From the NCBI GenBank assembly GCA_964270895.1, contig OZ185436.1: a stretch of 64,000 nucleotides of DNA; one strand, 5' to 3'. The translations under genes and the position numbers were made by a program. Under the pieces are notes generated by a model. It saw nothing but the letters and a program-made list of their open reading frames with translations. It was not told the DNA's origin and searched no databases. This stretch comes from Podarcis filfolensis (lineage: Eukaryota). Positions 63,976-64,000 of this stretch are shown here, piece by piece (position 1 is the stretch's first letter; each line of letters begins with the position of its first letter).

Positions 63976-64000
63976 TGTGTGTGTGTGTGTGTGTGTGTGT
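63976..64000. repeat. (GT)n microsatellite at window end
   Basis: Directly visible. Other short ones: (AAAC)n at about 6695-6722, poly-T at 20855-20882, (GT)n at 38361-38381. Confidence 0.9.

Overview
This is vertebrate genomic DNA from a squamate reptile, probably a lacertid lizard; that is inferred from abundant Sauria SINEs, a BovB LINE end and CR1/L2 fragments. Three intact spliced genes lie in tandem on the + strand, each behind its own CpG island: MAFG (2 coding exons, 162 aa), SIRT7 (10 exons, 402 aa) and PCYT2 (13 exons, 391 aa). This is the same order as the human 17q25.3 block. I reconstructed the exons by hand from splice sites and phase, and all three frames close correctly. The rest is intron, UTR and intergenic sequence rich in repeats: TA-flanked Tc1/mariner(pogo/Tigger)-type MITEs, hairpin hAT-type MITEs, Sauria SINEs with target-site duplications (TSDs), LINE 3' ends, microsatellites and one 176-nt N gap. 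There are no prokaryotic, CRISPR, rRNA or true tRNA features, and almost all ORFs in the supplied track are spurious. I found no unambiguous new biological system. The best leads are: (1) three CNC-sMaf/ARE sites plus a perfect palindromic T-MARE inside MAFG intron 1, a candidate autoregulatory circuit; (2) a U12-type minor-spliceosome intron in PCYT2, just before its second HxGH motif; (3) a SINE insertion with a 3' tail at both ends inside one TSD, later hit by a MITE; (4) a candidate alternative first exon of PCYT2; (5) a diverged ~250-bp inverted repeat pair around unexplained sequence upstream of MAFG.
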